From contig CBDETY010000003.1 of the NCBI GenBank assembly GCA_965243025.1, positions 4,704,001 to 4,768,000 on the forward strand: 64,000 nt of DNA. Reading direction: 5' to 3'. Below the pieces are notes generated by a model. It was not told the origin of the DNA, searched no databases, and saw nothing but the letters and a program-made list of their open reading frames with translations. Shown here one piece after another: positions 31,575 to 42,840 of this stretch. Source of the DNA: Candidatus Latescibacterota bacterium. GTDB taxonomy: Bacteria; Latescibacterota; UBA2968; UBA8231. Every line of letters starts with the position of its first letter. Positions within the stretch are counted from its first letter, which is position 1. The position numbers and the translations under genes are program-made.

Positions 31575-32524
31575 AGCGCGCGCACCGACTCCTGCAGCCC
31601 CTGGCCGCGACCGCGGCCATCCTCCTCACGGTCTGCCTGCCCGCAGCGGGCGATTACGCCGGTGCTTTTCTCGAGGGGGGCCTGGGAACGCGCGGCCCCG
31701 GAATGGGGAATGCCTTTTCCGCTGCCGTCGACGACGAGTCGGCGATCTACTGGAACACCGCGCGGCTCACACGCATCGCCGGACTCCACGCCTCGGCTTC
31801 CGTGCACGCGCTGAGCCTCGACCGCAGGCGGAACAGTCTGGCCGCAGCGTTCAACAGCCGCGGCGGCCTCGCTTTCGGCCTCGGCTGGATACACGCCTCG
31901 GTCGGCGGTCTCGAGGCGCGCACCGGGGCGGGGGATCCCTATGGCGAAATCGACGACAGCGAGAACGCCTACTTCTTCGCCCTGGGAATCCCTCTCGGCG
32001 AAAAGCTCTCCGCCGGGGCGGGGGTGAAGATCCTCCGGCATCGAATCGAGGTGCCGCAAACCGGCGCATCGACCGCTACGGGAAGGGGGCTCGATCTTCA
32101 CCTGCACTATTCCCTGTCGGAAAAAACAGCGCTGGCTGCCGGCTTGACGGGACTCGGTTCCAGGCTGCTGTGGACGGTACTGCAGGCCTCCGACCAGAAG
32201 AACCGAAGCACCGAAGCGCTCCCTGCCGGCCTGTTCCTGGGGGCGGCCCACAGGCCGTCAGATGGAATATTGATCGCCGCCGATTTCCGCTTCGACCCGA
32301 TTGCCCCTTCCGCCAGCCTGGGAGGCGAGTGGGAGGTGAACCCGCTGCTGACGGTGCGGGCGGGACTGGCGCGGACAGGGGCGGCAGGCACCGTCGGGAC
32401 GCCGACATTCGGACTGACCCTGCGGCCGATGAGAATCGAAACGGTCCAGTTCCACTACGCCTGGGTCGGCGACGAACTCGATGCCGGGCCCCGCACCCTG
32501 ATCGGGGTGGGAGCCTCCTTCTGA
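31571..32524 (+). CDS. PorV/PorQ-like outer-membrane beta-barrel
   Basis: AFLEGGLGTRGPGMGNAFSA..AIYWN motif; C-terminal Phe. Confidence 0.7.
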   Translation: MKRAHRLLQPLAATAAILLTVCLPAAGDYAGAFLEGGLGTRGPGMGNAFSAAVDDESAIYWNTARLTRIAGLHASASVHALSLDRRRNSLAAAFNSRGGLAFGLGWIHASVGGLEARTGAGDPYGEIDDSENAYFFALGIPLGEKLSAGAGVKILRHRIEVPQTGASTATGRGLDLHLHYSLSEKTALAAGLTGLGSRLLWTVLQASDQKNRSTEALPAGLFLGAAHRPSDGILIAADFRFDPIAPSASLGGEWEVNPLLTVRAGLARTGAAGTVGTPTFGLTLRPMRIETVQFHYAWVGDELDAGPRTLIGVGASF

Positions 32525-33456
32525 TGAACCCGGCGACGGCTTGCGCTCGCTTTGCGGTCGCCGCCCTCCTCCTGTCCTGGACGGCCGGGGCCGGGGCCTC
32601 CGGGCTGCCGTTCCTGCTGCTCGGCTCGGGGGCGCGCGCGACCGCCCTCGGGGAGGCTGCCGCCGCTCTTGCCGACGTCGATGCCGCCGCCGCCAACCCG
32701 GCAGCGGTCAGCGCCGCCGGCGGCCGCCTCGGAGTGACGCACAGCAGCTGGATTCAGGACGTCCGGCACGAGTACGCAACCGCCCTGCAACCGCTGGGTG
32801 CCGGAATCCTGTCGGCCCAACTGTCGCTTTCGCGTTCCGCCGGACTGGAGCGCCGCGTGGGACCCAGCCTCGAGCCCCTGGGCGAATTCGGAGTGTACGA
32901 GTGGTCCCTCGGGCTGGGATACGGCCGGCGCTCGACAGCGAACCTCCAGTTCGGGGCGGCCTGGAAAATGGTCCGGCAGTCGATTCATACCGAGTCGGCG
33001 ATGGGTGCAGCCCTGGATTTCGGGTTCCTGTACCGGCTGGGCGACCGCCTTCGCGCCGGCGGCTCGGTGCGGAATCTCGGTGTCATGAACCCCCTTGCAG
33101 AGGATTCCACGGAGCTGCCGGGGCAGGCGCGCCTGGCCTTCGCGTGCAGCTGCCTCGGAAAGCCTTTCGGGCCGCAGGCGAGCCGGCTGGCCCTGATCGA
33201 AGTACAACTGGCACGGGGGTACGGCTCCAGCTTTCACGGCGGCGCCGAGTGGCCGCTGTCGGCAACCCTCGTGCTTCGGGGGGGCTATCAAACAGGATCC
33301 CGCCGCTCGTTGTCGGCCGGCTTCGGGTTGCAGGTGCGGTCCTGGCGCATCGACTACGCCTACGTGCCGTTTGCATCCGGCCTCGGTCAGGCGCATCGCC
33401 TCAGCCTGTACCGCGGCCGGGCGCCAGCGAGCCCTTCGGCGGCACGGATGCTGTAA
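32524..33456 (+). CDS. PorV/PorQ-like outer-membrane beta-barrel
   Basis: FLLLGSGARATALGEA..ANPA, LDFG, LRGGY and IDYAYVPF..GLGQAHRLSL motifs; TGATG coupling. Confidence 0.75.
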   Translation: MNPATACARFAVAALLLSWTAGAGASGLPFLLLGSGARATALGEAAAALADVDAAAANPAAVSAAGGRLGVTHSSWIQDVRHEYATALQPLGAGILSAQLSLSRSAGLERRVGPSLEPLGEFGVYEWSLGLGYGRRSTANLQFGAAWKMVRQSIHTESAMGAALDFGFLYRLGDRLRAGGSVRNLGVMNPLAEDSTELPGQARLAFACSCLGKPFGPQASRLALIEVQLARGYGSSFHGGAEWPLSATLVLRGGYQTGSRRSLSAGFGLQVRSWRIDYAYVPFASGLGQAHRLSLYRGRAPASPSAARML

Positions 33457-34476
33457 ATGCAGCTCTGGCGCAAGCTGCGTCCGGGGCAACGGCATGACCG
33501 CCTCGATTCCGAACAGGTGAGAAAGCGGAATCCCGGCGAGCCGTCCGTGTTCGCCGCCGGGCCGGGGAGCGGGCGACCTTCCAGCCCCGTCCTGCACGCC
33601 GCCCTGTTCCTTCTGACCCTGTTCTCGATGACGGCTGCCGGAGCGATGCAGAGAGGGGTGAACCCGTTTCTCGCCTTCGGGCAGCTGGTTCACTTGGTCG
33701 AAGGGATCCCCTTTGCGGCGAGCTTGCTGGGAATTCTCACGGTCCACGAGTTCGGCCACTACTTCGCCGCCCGGCGCTGGGGAGTGAAGGCCTCGCTGCC
33801 GTACTTCATCCCGCTGCCGTACATATCGTTTCTCGGCACCCTGGGAGCGGTGATCCGCATCCGCTCTCCCATACCTCACAAGAGAGCTCTTCTCGACATC
33901 GGCGCCTCCGGACCGCTGGCCGGCTTCGTCGTCGCTCTGGCTGCCTGCGCCGCAGGTCTGCCGCAGTCGCGCGTCGTCGACGCCGGCTATTTCGAGCAGC
34001 TCCCCTTCGCCAATCCCGAGCCCTTCTGGCAGCTCGGGGCCCCCCCGGTCTTCGCAATCCTGTCCGCCCTGCTGATGCCGGCTACCGAACCGGGGGAGAT
34101 GGTGCTTCTGAGCCCGGTCGCCTTTGCCGGATGGGTCGGTCTCTTCATCACCGCCTTCAACCTGTTCCCGGCCGGGCAGCTCGATGGCGGCCATGTATCG
34201 TACGCCGTTTTCGGCCCCTGGCACCGCTACATCGCAGGCGCAACCTTCGCCTTGTTGATGGGTCTGGGACTGCATGGTATCTTCTGGAAAATGTTGGAGT
34301 TGCCGCCTGGGTGGCCGGGGTGGATCTTTCTCGCTTTCCTGCTCGCGCTGCTCGGCAGGGATCACCCGGCGCCGTTCTATCCCAACATTCCCCTCGACCG
34401 CCGGCGCCGGCGTCTCGGGGTGCTGTGCTTCGTCGTCTTCGCCTCCTGCTTCACCCCCGTCCCGTTCAGTGTTTAG
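33457..34476 (+). CDS. Site-2 protease family (M50, EGY-like) membrane protease
   Basis: HEFGHY, PYFIP..GTLGAVI, SGPLAG and NLFPAGQLDGGH motifs; start uncertain. Confidence 0.9.
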   Translation: MQLWRKLRPGQRHDRLDSEQVRKRNPGEPSVFAAGPGSGRPSSPVLHAALFLLTLFSMTAAGAMQRGVNPFLAFGQLVHLVEGIPFAASLLGILTVHEFGHYFAARRWGVKASLPYFIPLPYISFLGTLGAVIRIRSPIPHKRALLDIGASGPLAGFVVALAACAAGLPQSRVVDAGYFEQLPFANPEPFWQLGAPPVFAILSALLMPATEPGEMVLLSPVAFAGWVGLFITAFNLFPAGQLDGGHVSYAVFGPWHRYIAGATFALLMGLGLHGIFWKMLELPPGWPGWIFLAFLLALLGRDHPAPFYPNIPLDRRRRRLGVLCFVVFASCFTPVPFSV

Positions 34477-35236
34477 GAGAATCTCCGTTCGCACGGCCGC
34501 GATTCCGGCAGTTGTCTGGATTCTGTCCGGGTGCGGGCTGGAGGAAGGGGCGGAAATCGAATGCCGCTGCACCGAGACGACCGATCTCAAGAGCTTTCCG
34601 CATTGCGCCGATGCCGATCCCGCAGCCGGGCGCACTGATTCTTCGAGCCCTTTCGGGGGCCGCACTCCCGACTGCCCCAGCGGCATCCTTCTCGTTCTCC
34701 GGGAACCGACCACCCCTGAAGCCGTCTTGTTCAATATCCGCGACAGCATCCGCGGATTCAGCCCGGTGCAGTACATGGACCAGCTGGGGGAGAGTTTTCT
34801 CTTCGTCCCGGACGCCGACGGAATCCTGCTGCATCCCGTGGTTTTTCAGCCGCCGGACGACTACAACCCCGAAGCCGACCTCGACACCCTCTGGACCAGG
34901 TCCCAGGAACGCCGTTTCGCCAACCTGGTTTTCGACAAGGAGCGCTTCCGGACGATCAGGTTCCGGCGCTGGTACGATTCGACCAGGGATGAGCGGATCC
35001 TCGGGGACAACCCCCTGGTCGAACGTTATATTTTCAACTACGAGGTCGAATTCACGGAGCAGGCGCGCGAAGGCTTCGATGCGACCATATTTCCCATAAA
35101 GGGCCAGATGGAAGTAGACATAACCACGCCGAGCCTGGAAAACCCGCTGTGGACGATCAAGCGGTGGCGGGACTTTCGCGATCAGGCGTCGGTCAAGAAG
35201 TCCTGGACGGAATTCAGAGGCGAGAATTCGCAGTGA
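34469..35236 (+). CDS. Hypothetical lipoprotein (NTF2/SnoaL-like fold suspected)
   Basis: Lipobox LSGC; TTPEAVLFNI and WTIKRWRD motifs; paralogous to the next gene. Confidence 0.7.
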   Translation: MFRRISVRTAAIPAVVWILSGCGLEEGAEIECRCTETTDLKSFPHCADADPAAGRTDSSSPFGGRTPDCPSGILLVLREPTTPEAVLFNIRDSIRGFSPVQYMDQLGESFLFVPDADGILLHPVVFQPPDDYNPEADLDTLWTRSQERRFANLVFDKERFRTIRFRRWYDSTRDERILGDNPLVERYIFNYEVEFTEQAREGFDATIFPIKGQMEVDITTPSLENPLWTIKRWRDFRDQASVKKSWTEFRGENSQ

Positions 35237-35946
35237 TGGACACGACTCGAAGAAATCCCGCATTCGGTGCCGCAGCAGTTGCGGCCGGGGTCTTCCTGGC
35301 GGCCTGCGGAAACCCTTTCGCTCCAAAAAAAACCGAACTGCCTCCCGAGGAGGGGCCCACACGCCCCCCCGCCCAGGAGGCGACCGAACCCGAAATCGTG
35401 ATGGACAACCTCGAGCGCGCCTTCAACGAGCGCGACAAGGATCTGTACGAGACCCTCCTCGACGAGCGCTACCTGTTCACGGAGGACGATTGTCTGGGCA
35501 ACCTGGTCTTCGAGAACGGCCGCGAGGAAGAGCTGGAGATCATGGGCACCCGCGACGGCAGCACCCGCGGCATTTTCGACGTTTTCCGCACCGTGACATG
35601 GAAGTTCCAGCTGATCGAGCGCAAGACCGAGCTGGGGCGGGACCACCCGATGGCCTTCGAGGGGGATCCGGACGGACACCCGGACGAGGACTGGGAAGTC
35701 TTCCGGGGCAAAGTCGAAATACTGCTGCTGAAGACCGACGACGACGGCTTCCGCGTCGACCAGACCATGACCTTCAAGCTGCGTGAGGGGGATGACGGGA
35801 TCTGGCGTATCGTGCGCTGGATCGACGACCCCCTTGTCGGCGACGACTGCGGCGGCGAGCCCGAGGAGGAGGAGGAGGGATCCGCCAAGGCCGGGCCCAC
35901 GCTGCTGCCTTCGGTCCCCTGGTCCGCCCTGAAGCTGGCCGGGTAG
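35236..35946 (+). CDS. Hypothetical lipoprotein (NTF2/SnoaL-like fold suspected)
   Basis: Lipobox LAAC-GNPFAP; TEPEIVMDNL and WRIVRWID motifs; TGATG coupling. Confidence 0.75.
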   Translation: MDTTRRNPAFGAAAVAAGVFLAACGNPFAPKKTELPPEEGPTRPPAQEATEPEIVMDNLERAFNERDKDLYETLLDERYLFTEDDCLGNLVFENGREEELEIMGTRDGSTRGIFDVFRTVTWKFQLIERKTELGRDHPMAFEGDPDGHPDEDWEVFRGKVEILLLKTDDDGFRVDQTMTFKLREGDDGIWRIVRWIDDPLVGDDCGGEPEEEEEGSAKAGPTLLPSVPWSALKLAG

Positions 35947-36013
35947 GCCCCCCTCTCACCACCCCCTTCCCCCCGCTTCGCCCCTGCTTTGCGGCCGGGG
36001 TGAACGGCACCCC

Positions 36014-38363
<2,350 letters not shown>

Positions 38364-38417
38364 CAGGCGTTATCTTTCCGGGTCCTTCGCAGCGGAACGA
38401 ACGAAAGAGAGGCTGTC

Positions 38418-38753
38418 TTGCTGGTTTTCTTCCCAGTCGCCGCCCATGCCATGGGGGGCAGCGGAACCGAGGGCGGCGGGGGCGGCGCGCCGTTGGTGCA
38501 GCTGCTGCCGTTCGTCCTGATGTTCCTCGTCCTCTACCTGCTCATTCTGCGCCCCCAGATCAGGAAGCAGAAAGCGCAGCAGCGCATGATCGACGAACTG
38601 GAAAAAGGGGATCGCATCGTTACGACCGGCGGAATCCATGGGGTGATCCTCAACATCAAGGACGACGTCCTCGTCGTCAAAATCGCCGAGAACGTCAAGG
38701 TCGATCTCTCGCGCGCGGCCGTGCAACGCGTCAAGAACGGCGACCAGAAATAG
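38418..38753 (+). CDS. yajC: Preprotein translocase subunit YajC
   Basis: YLLILRPQ and LEKGDRIVTTGGIHG motifs; follows tgt. Confidence 0.93.
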   Translation: MLVFFPVAAHAMGGSGTEGGGGGAPLVQLLPFVLMFLVLYLLILRPQIRKQKAQQRMIDELEKGDRIVTTGGIHGVILNIKDDVLVVKIAENVKVDLSRAAVQRVKNGDQK

Positions 38754-38802
38754 CCTTTCCCCGGCGCCGTGGCGCATTCTGCCGCGATTTCCCCGATGCA
38801 CC

Positions 38803-39735
38803 ATGAAACTCCTGTTCATGGGGACGCCGGAATTCGCCGTTCCCTCGCTCCGCCTCCTGGCGGCGAGCCGGCACGAGGTGGCCGCCGTCGTCACCAATCC
38901 CGACCGTCCCCGCGGCCGCGGCCGCAGGACCTCCCCCACCGCCGTCAAAGCGACCGCCGCTGATCTCGGGTTGCCCTGTCTGCAACCCGAATCGCTTGCC
39001 GAACCCGGACTGCCCGAAACTCTGTCCGCCTGCGGCTGCGACCTGTTCGTCGTCGTCGCTTTCTCGATCCTGCCCGATGAGCTGCTCGCCGTCCCGCCGA
39101 TGGGAGCGGTCAACCTCCACCCTTCGCTGTTGCCGGCCTATCGCGGCGCCGCCCCCATTCCCTGGACCCTGTTCAACGGCGAAGGCGAAACCGGGGTCAC
39201 CACCATCCTTCTCGACTCGCGGGTCGACGCCGGCGACATCCTGTTGCAGAAGCGGGTCGCCGTGGCGCGTGACGAAACCGCCGGAGAACTGGAGGAGCGC
39301 CTGGCCGTACTCGGGGGGAAGCTCGTCGTCGCCACGGTCGACGGCCTGGAGAGCGGCGAGGTGGACCCCCGCCCGCAACCTTCCGCAGGGGCCAGCAGAG
39401 CCCCCAAGCTGTCCAGGGAAAACGGCCGGCTGATCTGGTCTCTGCCGACCGAGCCGGTGCGCAACCGCATCCGCGGCGCCAACCCCTTTCCTGGAGCGTT
39501 CACGACATGGCGGGATCGAGTACTGAAGATTCACCGGGCCCACGCCAGCTATGAAACCCCGGGGGGCCCCGCGGGTACGGTCCTTGCCGCCGACGGTGAG
39601 ACCGGCCTGGTGGTCGCCACCGGAGACGGTGCGCTCGCCGTCGACGAAATCCAGCCTTCAGGGCGCAACCGCATGACCGGGGAGGCCTTCCTGCGGGGGT
39701 ACCATATACAGCCCGGGGACCGCTTCGGCGAGTGA
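38803..39735 (+). CDS. fmt: Methionyl-tRNA formyltransferase
   Basis: FMGTPEFA, PDRPRGRG and NLHPSLLPAYRGAAPI motifs. Confidence 0.96.
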   Translation: MKLLFMGTPEFAVPSLRLLAASRHEVAAVVTNPDRPRGRGRRTSPTAVKATAADLGLPCLQPESLAEPGLPETLSACGCDLFVVVAFSILPDELLAVPPMGAVNLHPSLLPAYRGAAPIPWTLFNGEGETGVTTILLDSRVDAGDILLQKRVAVARDETAGELEERLAVLGGKLVVATVDGLESGEVDPRPQPSAGASRAPKLSRENGRLIWSLPTEPVRNRIRGANPFPGAFTTWRDRVLKIHRAHASYETPGGPAGTVLAADGETGLVVATGDGALAVDEIQPSGRNRMTGEAFLRGYHIQPGDRFGE

Positions 39736-40322
39736 GGGCGGCGAGCATTCAGACTCCTCATCCGCCCTTCTGCGCGCCTCCCCTGCGGTCGACGGCCGCC
39801 CGCAGCCTTCTTGTTATGGCCCTCTCGCTGACCGGCACGGGGGCGGCCGCGTACGGTTCGAGTGCTGCCACCGGCGGGGAATCCGGCCCCTGGCACTTAT
39901 TGAAACCGGCAGGATCGAACGCGGCAGCAACCGCCGCCGACACCGCATCAGCGGCGGAGGACACCGTCACCCGGGAACTGTCGACGGCGAAAGCCCGGCT
40001 TACCCCCAGGGGAGCCCTGTGGCGGTCGGCCCTGGTTCCCGGATGGGGCCAGTTGCGCAATGGCAGACACATCAAGGCCGTGCTGTTCTCGGCCGCCGCC
40101 GCCGGCTTCGCGGGGGCCGGCATCTCGGAGACGCGCAACCTCAACCGCGCCCTGGCCTCGGAACGCCAGGCCGTGGCAGGGCGCCGCAACACCCGGCTGC
40201 TCCTGTTCGTCGCCACGGCGACGTTTTCCGCCCTCGATGCCTACGTCGATGCCCACCTCGCGGACTTCGGAGTTTCCCTTGCCGGCAACCCGGACCTTTC
40301 CCTGACCTGGAGGTTTCAATGA
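39732..40322 (+). CDS. DUF5683-like membrane protein
   Basis: ALWRSALVPGWGQ..N and DAYVDAHL motifs. Confidence 0.75.
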   Translation: MRAASIQTPHPPFCAPPLRSTAARSLLVMALSLTGTGAAAYGSSAATGGESGPWHLLKPAGSNAAATAADTASAAEDTVTRELSTAKARLTPRGALWRSALVPGWGQLRNGRHIKAVLFSAAAAGFAGAGISETRNLNRALASERQAVAGRRNTRLLLFVATATFSALDAYVDAHLADFGVSLAGNPDLSLTWRFQ

Positions 40323-40575
40323 AGCCCGCGCTCCGCCTTCCGCCGCACCGACCTCGTCAGGGCCGACATCCCGATGCGTCTCCGCGGTAGGAAAAACCGG
40401 GGCCCTGAACCATATTCTGCCGAGCTCGGCCTGGGCTGCCCGGCCATGCGGTGCCGTTTCCGATGCCGCTCCGGAACAGCCGTCCGGGTAGTAAATGCCG
40501 GTCGGGCCGGGAGCCTTGAATCCGGACCCCACCCCTTCCGGAGCTGACCTTGTTTTTTCCGGGGAGAATACCGCA

Positions 40576-41169
40576 GTGCGCAGCCGCCTCTGTATGACAG
40601 CCGTTCTGCCGTTCGCCTGGGTTTTCCTGCTGCATTGCGGCGGGACCGAACCGGACGGCATTTCAAATCCTCCCCAAACGGCAACGGCAGCCGGAGCCGG
40701 GGACTCCGGGCTGCGCCAGAGCGTCCAACTCAGCGGCTCCTACGCCGGCGAGATCCTGATCGAAGGGGACGACTGGAAAGCGACGAGCGGCGGCCGCGAA
40801 GTAGCCCTGCTGTTCAGCGGCCGGGAACTGAAGAACGTCCGCCAGGTCGAGCTGACTCTCGAACCTGTTCCCGCCAGCGCCTTCGATCTCGACAGCGCCG
40901 TGTTCGCACCCGAGGATCCGTTCATTACCTTCGGCAACGGCGTCGAACCGCTCGACGGCGGACGGCTTCGCATCGGCGGAGCGAGCGTCAGCAGAACGAT
41001 CGAGGGGTACCAGCAGTTCGGAACCTTCACCGTGCGCACCAGCGGGGATTTCAACTCCGGGACGAAGGCCCGGATCGAAGTGAGCTTTCTGTCGCTGGGT
41101 CCCAGCTCGAGCGAGCGCGAGGACTACCACAAGGAGGATCTCCGGCTGGGCGTCGTGGTGAACGAGTAG
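40576..41169 (+). CDS. Hypothetical exported/lipoprotein (beta-rich)
   Basis: GGGGAGA RBS; hydrophobic stretch ending LLHC; typical codon usage. Confidence 0.65.
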   Translation: MRSRLCMTAVLPFAWVFLLHCGGTEPDGISNPPQTATAAGAGDSGLRQSVQLSGSYAGEILIEGDDWKATSGGREVALLFSGRELKNVRQVELTLEPVPASAFDLDSAVFAPEDPFITFGNGVEPLDGGRLRIGGASVSRTIEGYQQFGTFTVRTSGDFNSGTKARIEVSFLSLGPSSSEREDYHKEDLRLGVVVNE

Positions 41170-41182
41170 GCGCCCGGACAAA

Positions 41183-41211
41183 TTGACGGACCGTTCAGGG
41201 GCCGCTAGTTT
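41183..41211 (+). promoter_or_regulatory. Sigma70-like promoter of tRNA-Ala
   Basis: TTGACG-17 nt-TAGTTT. Confidence 0.6.
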
Positions 41212-41223
41212 AGCTCACATCCG

Positions 41224-41299
41224 GGGGCTGTAGCTCAGTTGGGAGAGCGCCTGAATGGCATTCAGGAGGTCAGGGGTTCGATTCCCCTCAGCTCCACCA
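41224..41299 (+). tRNA. tRNA-Ala (GGC)
   Basis: GGGGCTG/CAGCTCC acceptor stem with G3:U70, CCTGA-ATGGCAT-TCAGG anticodon arm, GTTCGATTC T loop, encoded CCA. Confidence 0.97.
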
Positions 41300-41308
41300 G
41301 GAATCGGG

Positions 41309-41341
41309 GCGCGACTCTTCATTCAGGAGTTGCGCTTTTCT
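41309..41341 (+). terminator. Intrinsic terminator after the tRNA
   Basis: GCGCGACTC-loop-GAGTTGCGC followed by TTTTCT. Confidence 0.7.
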
Positions 41342-41481
41342 CTTTCTGCTTCTCCTGCCCCCGCGGGGGCGCCCGGGCTCGGCGCAGGCAGCCCGCGGTT
41401 ACCGCTTTCCTCCAAATAGTCTGAAAACGCTCCTCCGACTCCCCGAACCTTTCCGGGCCGGGCCGGCGTGGGATTCCGAAA

Positions 41482-42552
41482 ATGCCAACCTTCACACCCG
41501 ACCAATTGATCGAACACACTACCGCTGTCCTGGTTGCCGCTGGAACCCCGGCGGACAAGGCCGGGCTGGTGGCAGGGCTGCTCGTCGAGGCGAACAGCGC
41601 CGGCCACGACTCGCACGGTGTCATCCGCCTGCCGCAGTATCTCACCGCGGTCGAAAAGAAGGAGATCGTCCCGGATGCCGAGGTCGAAACCACCCGTCAA
41701 ACCCCGATGATGGCGGTTGTCGAGGGGAACTGGGGGTTTGGACAGGTCGCGATGAGCCGCGCCGCCGAAATCGGGCTGGACAAGGCCCGGCAGACGGGAA
41801 TGGCCGCCGTCGCGGTGCGCCAGGCGAATCACATCGGCCGCCTCGGCAGCTACGCCGACCGGATTGCCAGAGAGGGGATGATCGGGATGATGTTCGTGAA
41901 CGCCGCGGGGGTTCCGCAGCTCCGCATGGCCCCTTGGGGAGGTACCGAGCCGAGGCTCCTCACCGATCCCCTCGCCTTCGGGATTCCCCATTCCACCGCC
42001 CCGATCGTGATCGACATGACCACGACCGTGGTCGCCGAAGGCAAGGTCCGGGTGGCCCGCAACCGCGGGGAGCAGACCCCGGACGGGTGGCTGCTCAACT
42101 CCAGGGGGGAACCGACGAACGATCCCAACGACCTGTACGGCGACCCGCCCGGCAGCATTCTCCCGCTCGGGGGGGCCTCGGCGGGTCACAAGGGGTACGC
42201 CCTCAACGTCGCGCTCGAGCTGATAGGGGGCATTCTCACCGGTTCCGGTTACGCCGGAAAGGACCGAAGGATCAGGAACGGGGTGCTCCTCATCGTCATC
42301 GACGTCGAACAGTTCCTGCCTCTCGACGAGTTCTTCGAGGAGTCGGAGAAGTTCGTCGCCCACGTCAAGTCGTCCCCTCCGGCGGAGGGCTTCGACGAAA
42401 TCCTGATGCCCGGGGAAATCGAGGCGAGGGCCGCGCGGCAGCGGGCACACGGGATTGCGGTGGAGGAGGAAACATGGCGCCAGATCGTCGAGTGGGGAGC
42501 GAAGTTGGGAGTCGCGCTGGAGGCCGAACAGGGCTTTCAGGTGCGGGAATAA
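41482..42552 (+). CDS. Ldh_2 family (malate/L-lactate/ComC-like) oxidoreductase
   Basis: GHDSHG, NHIGRLG, DMTT and GHKGY motifs. Confidence 0.9.
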   Translation: MPTFTPDQLIEHTTAVLVAAGTPADKAGLVAGLLVEANSAGHDSHGVIRLPQYLTAVEKKEIVPDAEVETTRQTPMMAVVEGNWGFGQVAMSRAAEIGLDKARQTGMAAVAVRQANHIGRLGSYADRIAREGMIGMMFVNAAGVPQLRMAPWGGTEPRLLTDPLAFGIPHSTAPIVIDMTTTVVAEGKVRVARNRGEQTPDGWLLNSRGEPTNDPNDLYGDPPGSILPLGGASAGHKGYALNVALELIGGILTGSGYAGKDRRIRNGVLLIVIDVEQFLPLDEFFEESEKFVAHVKSSPPAEGFDEILMPGEIEARAARQRAHGIAVEEETWRQIVEWGAKLGVALEAEQGFQVRE

Positions 42553-42840
42553 GCAAGTCTCCCGCCGGCTCGACATCCTCCGTGAACCCTTTTCGGGCCT
42601 TCATCCGGCCCTGCCCGATACCGTCACCTCCGTAACCTCAGAGGCGGGGCCGGTTTCCCGACACCAACCGCCAGAAGTCCTTTCGGAAGGCATCTTCCGC
42701 CTCAGTCGCCCCGTTGGCGCCGGCCCCGGGGCCCCCTTATCTTTCCCGGCTTTTCACGCGCTTCCCAAGCCACACCAGAACCCCTCCGCACAAGCGCACC
42801 TGCCCGGCCGTACCCCGGCGCGGCACTGCTCCTTGCCCCA

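Noticed and set aside
41300-42840. Genomic island integrated at tRNA-Ala
   Set aside because: No integrase and no duplicated tRNA 3' end seen downstream; only an Ldh_2 gene precedes mfd.
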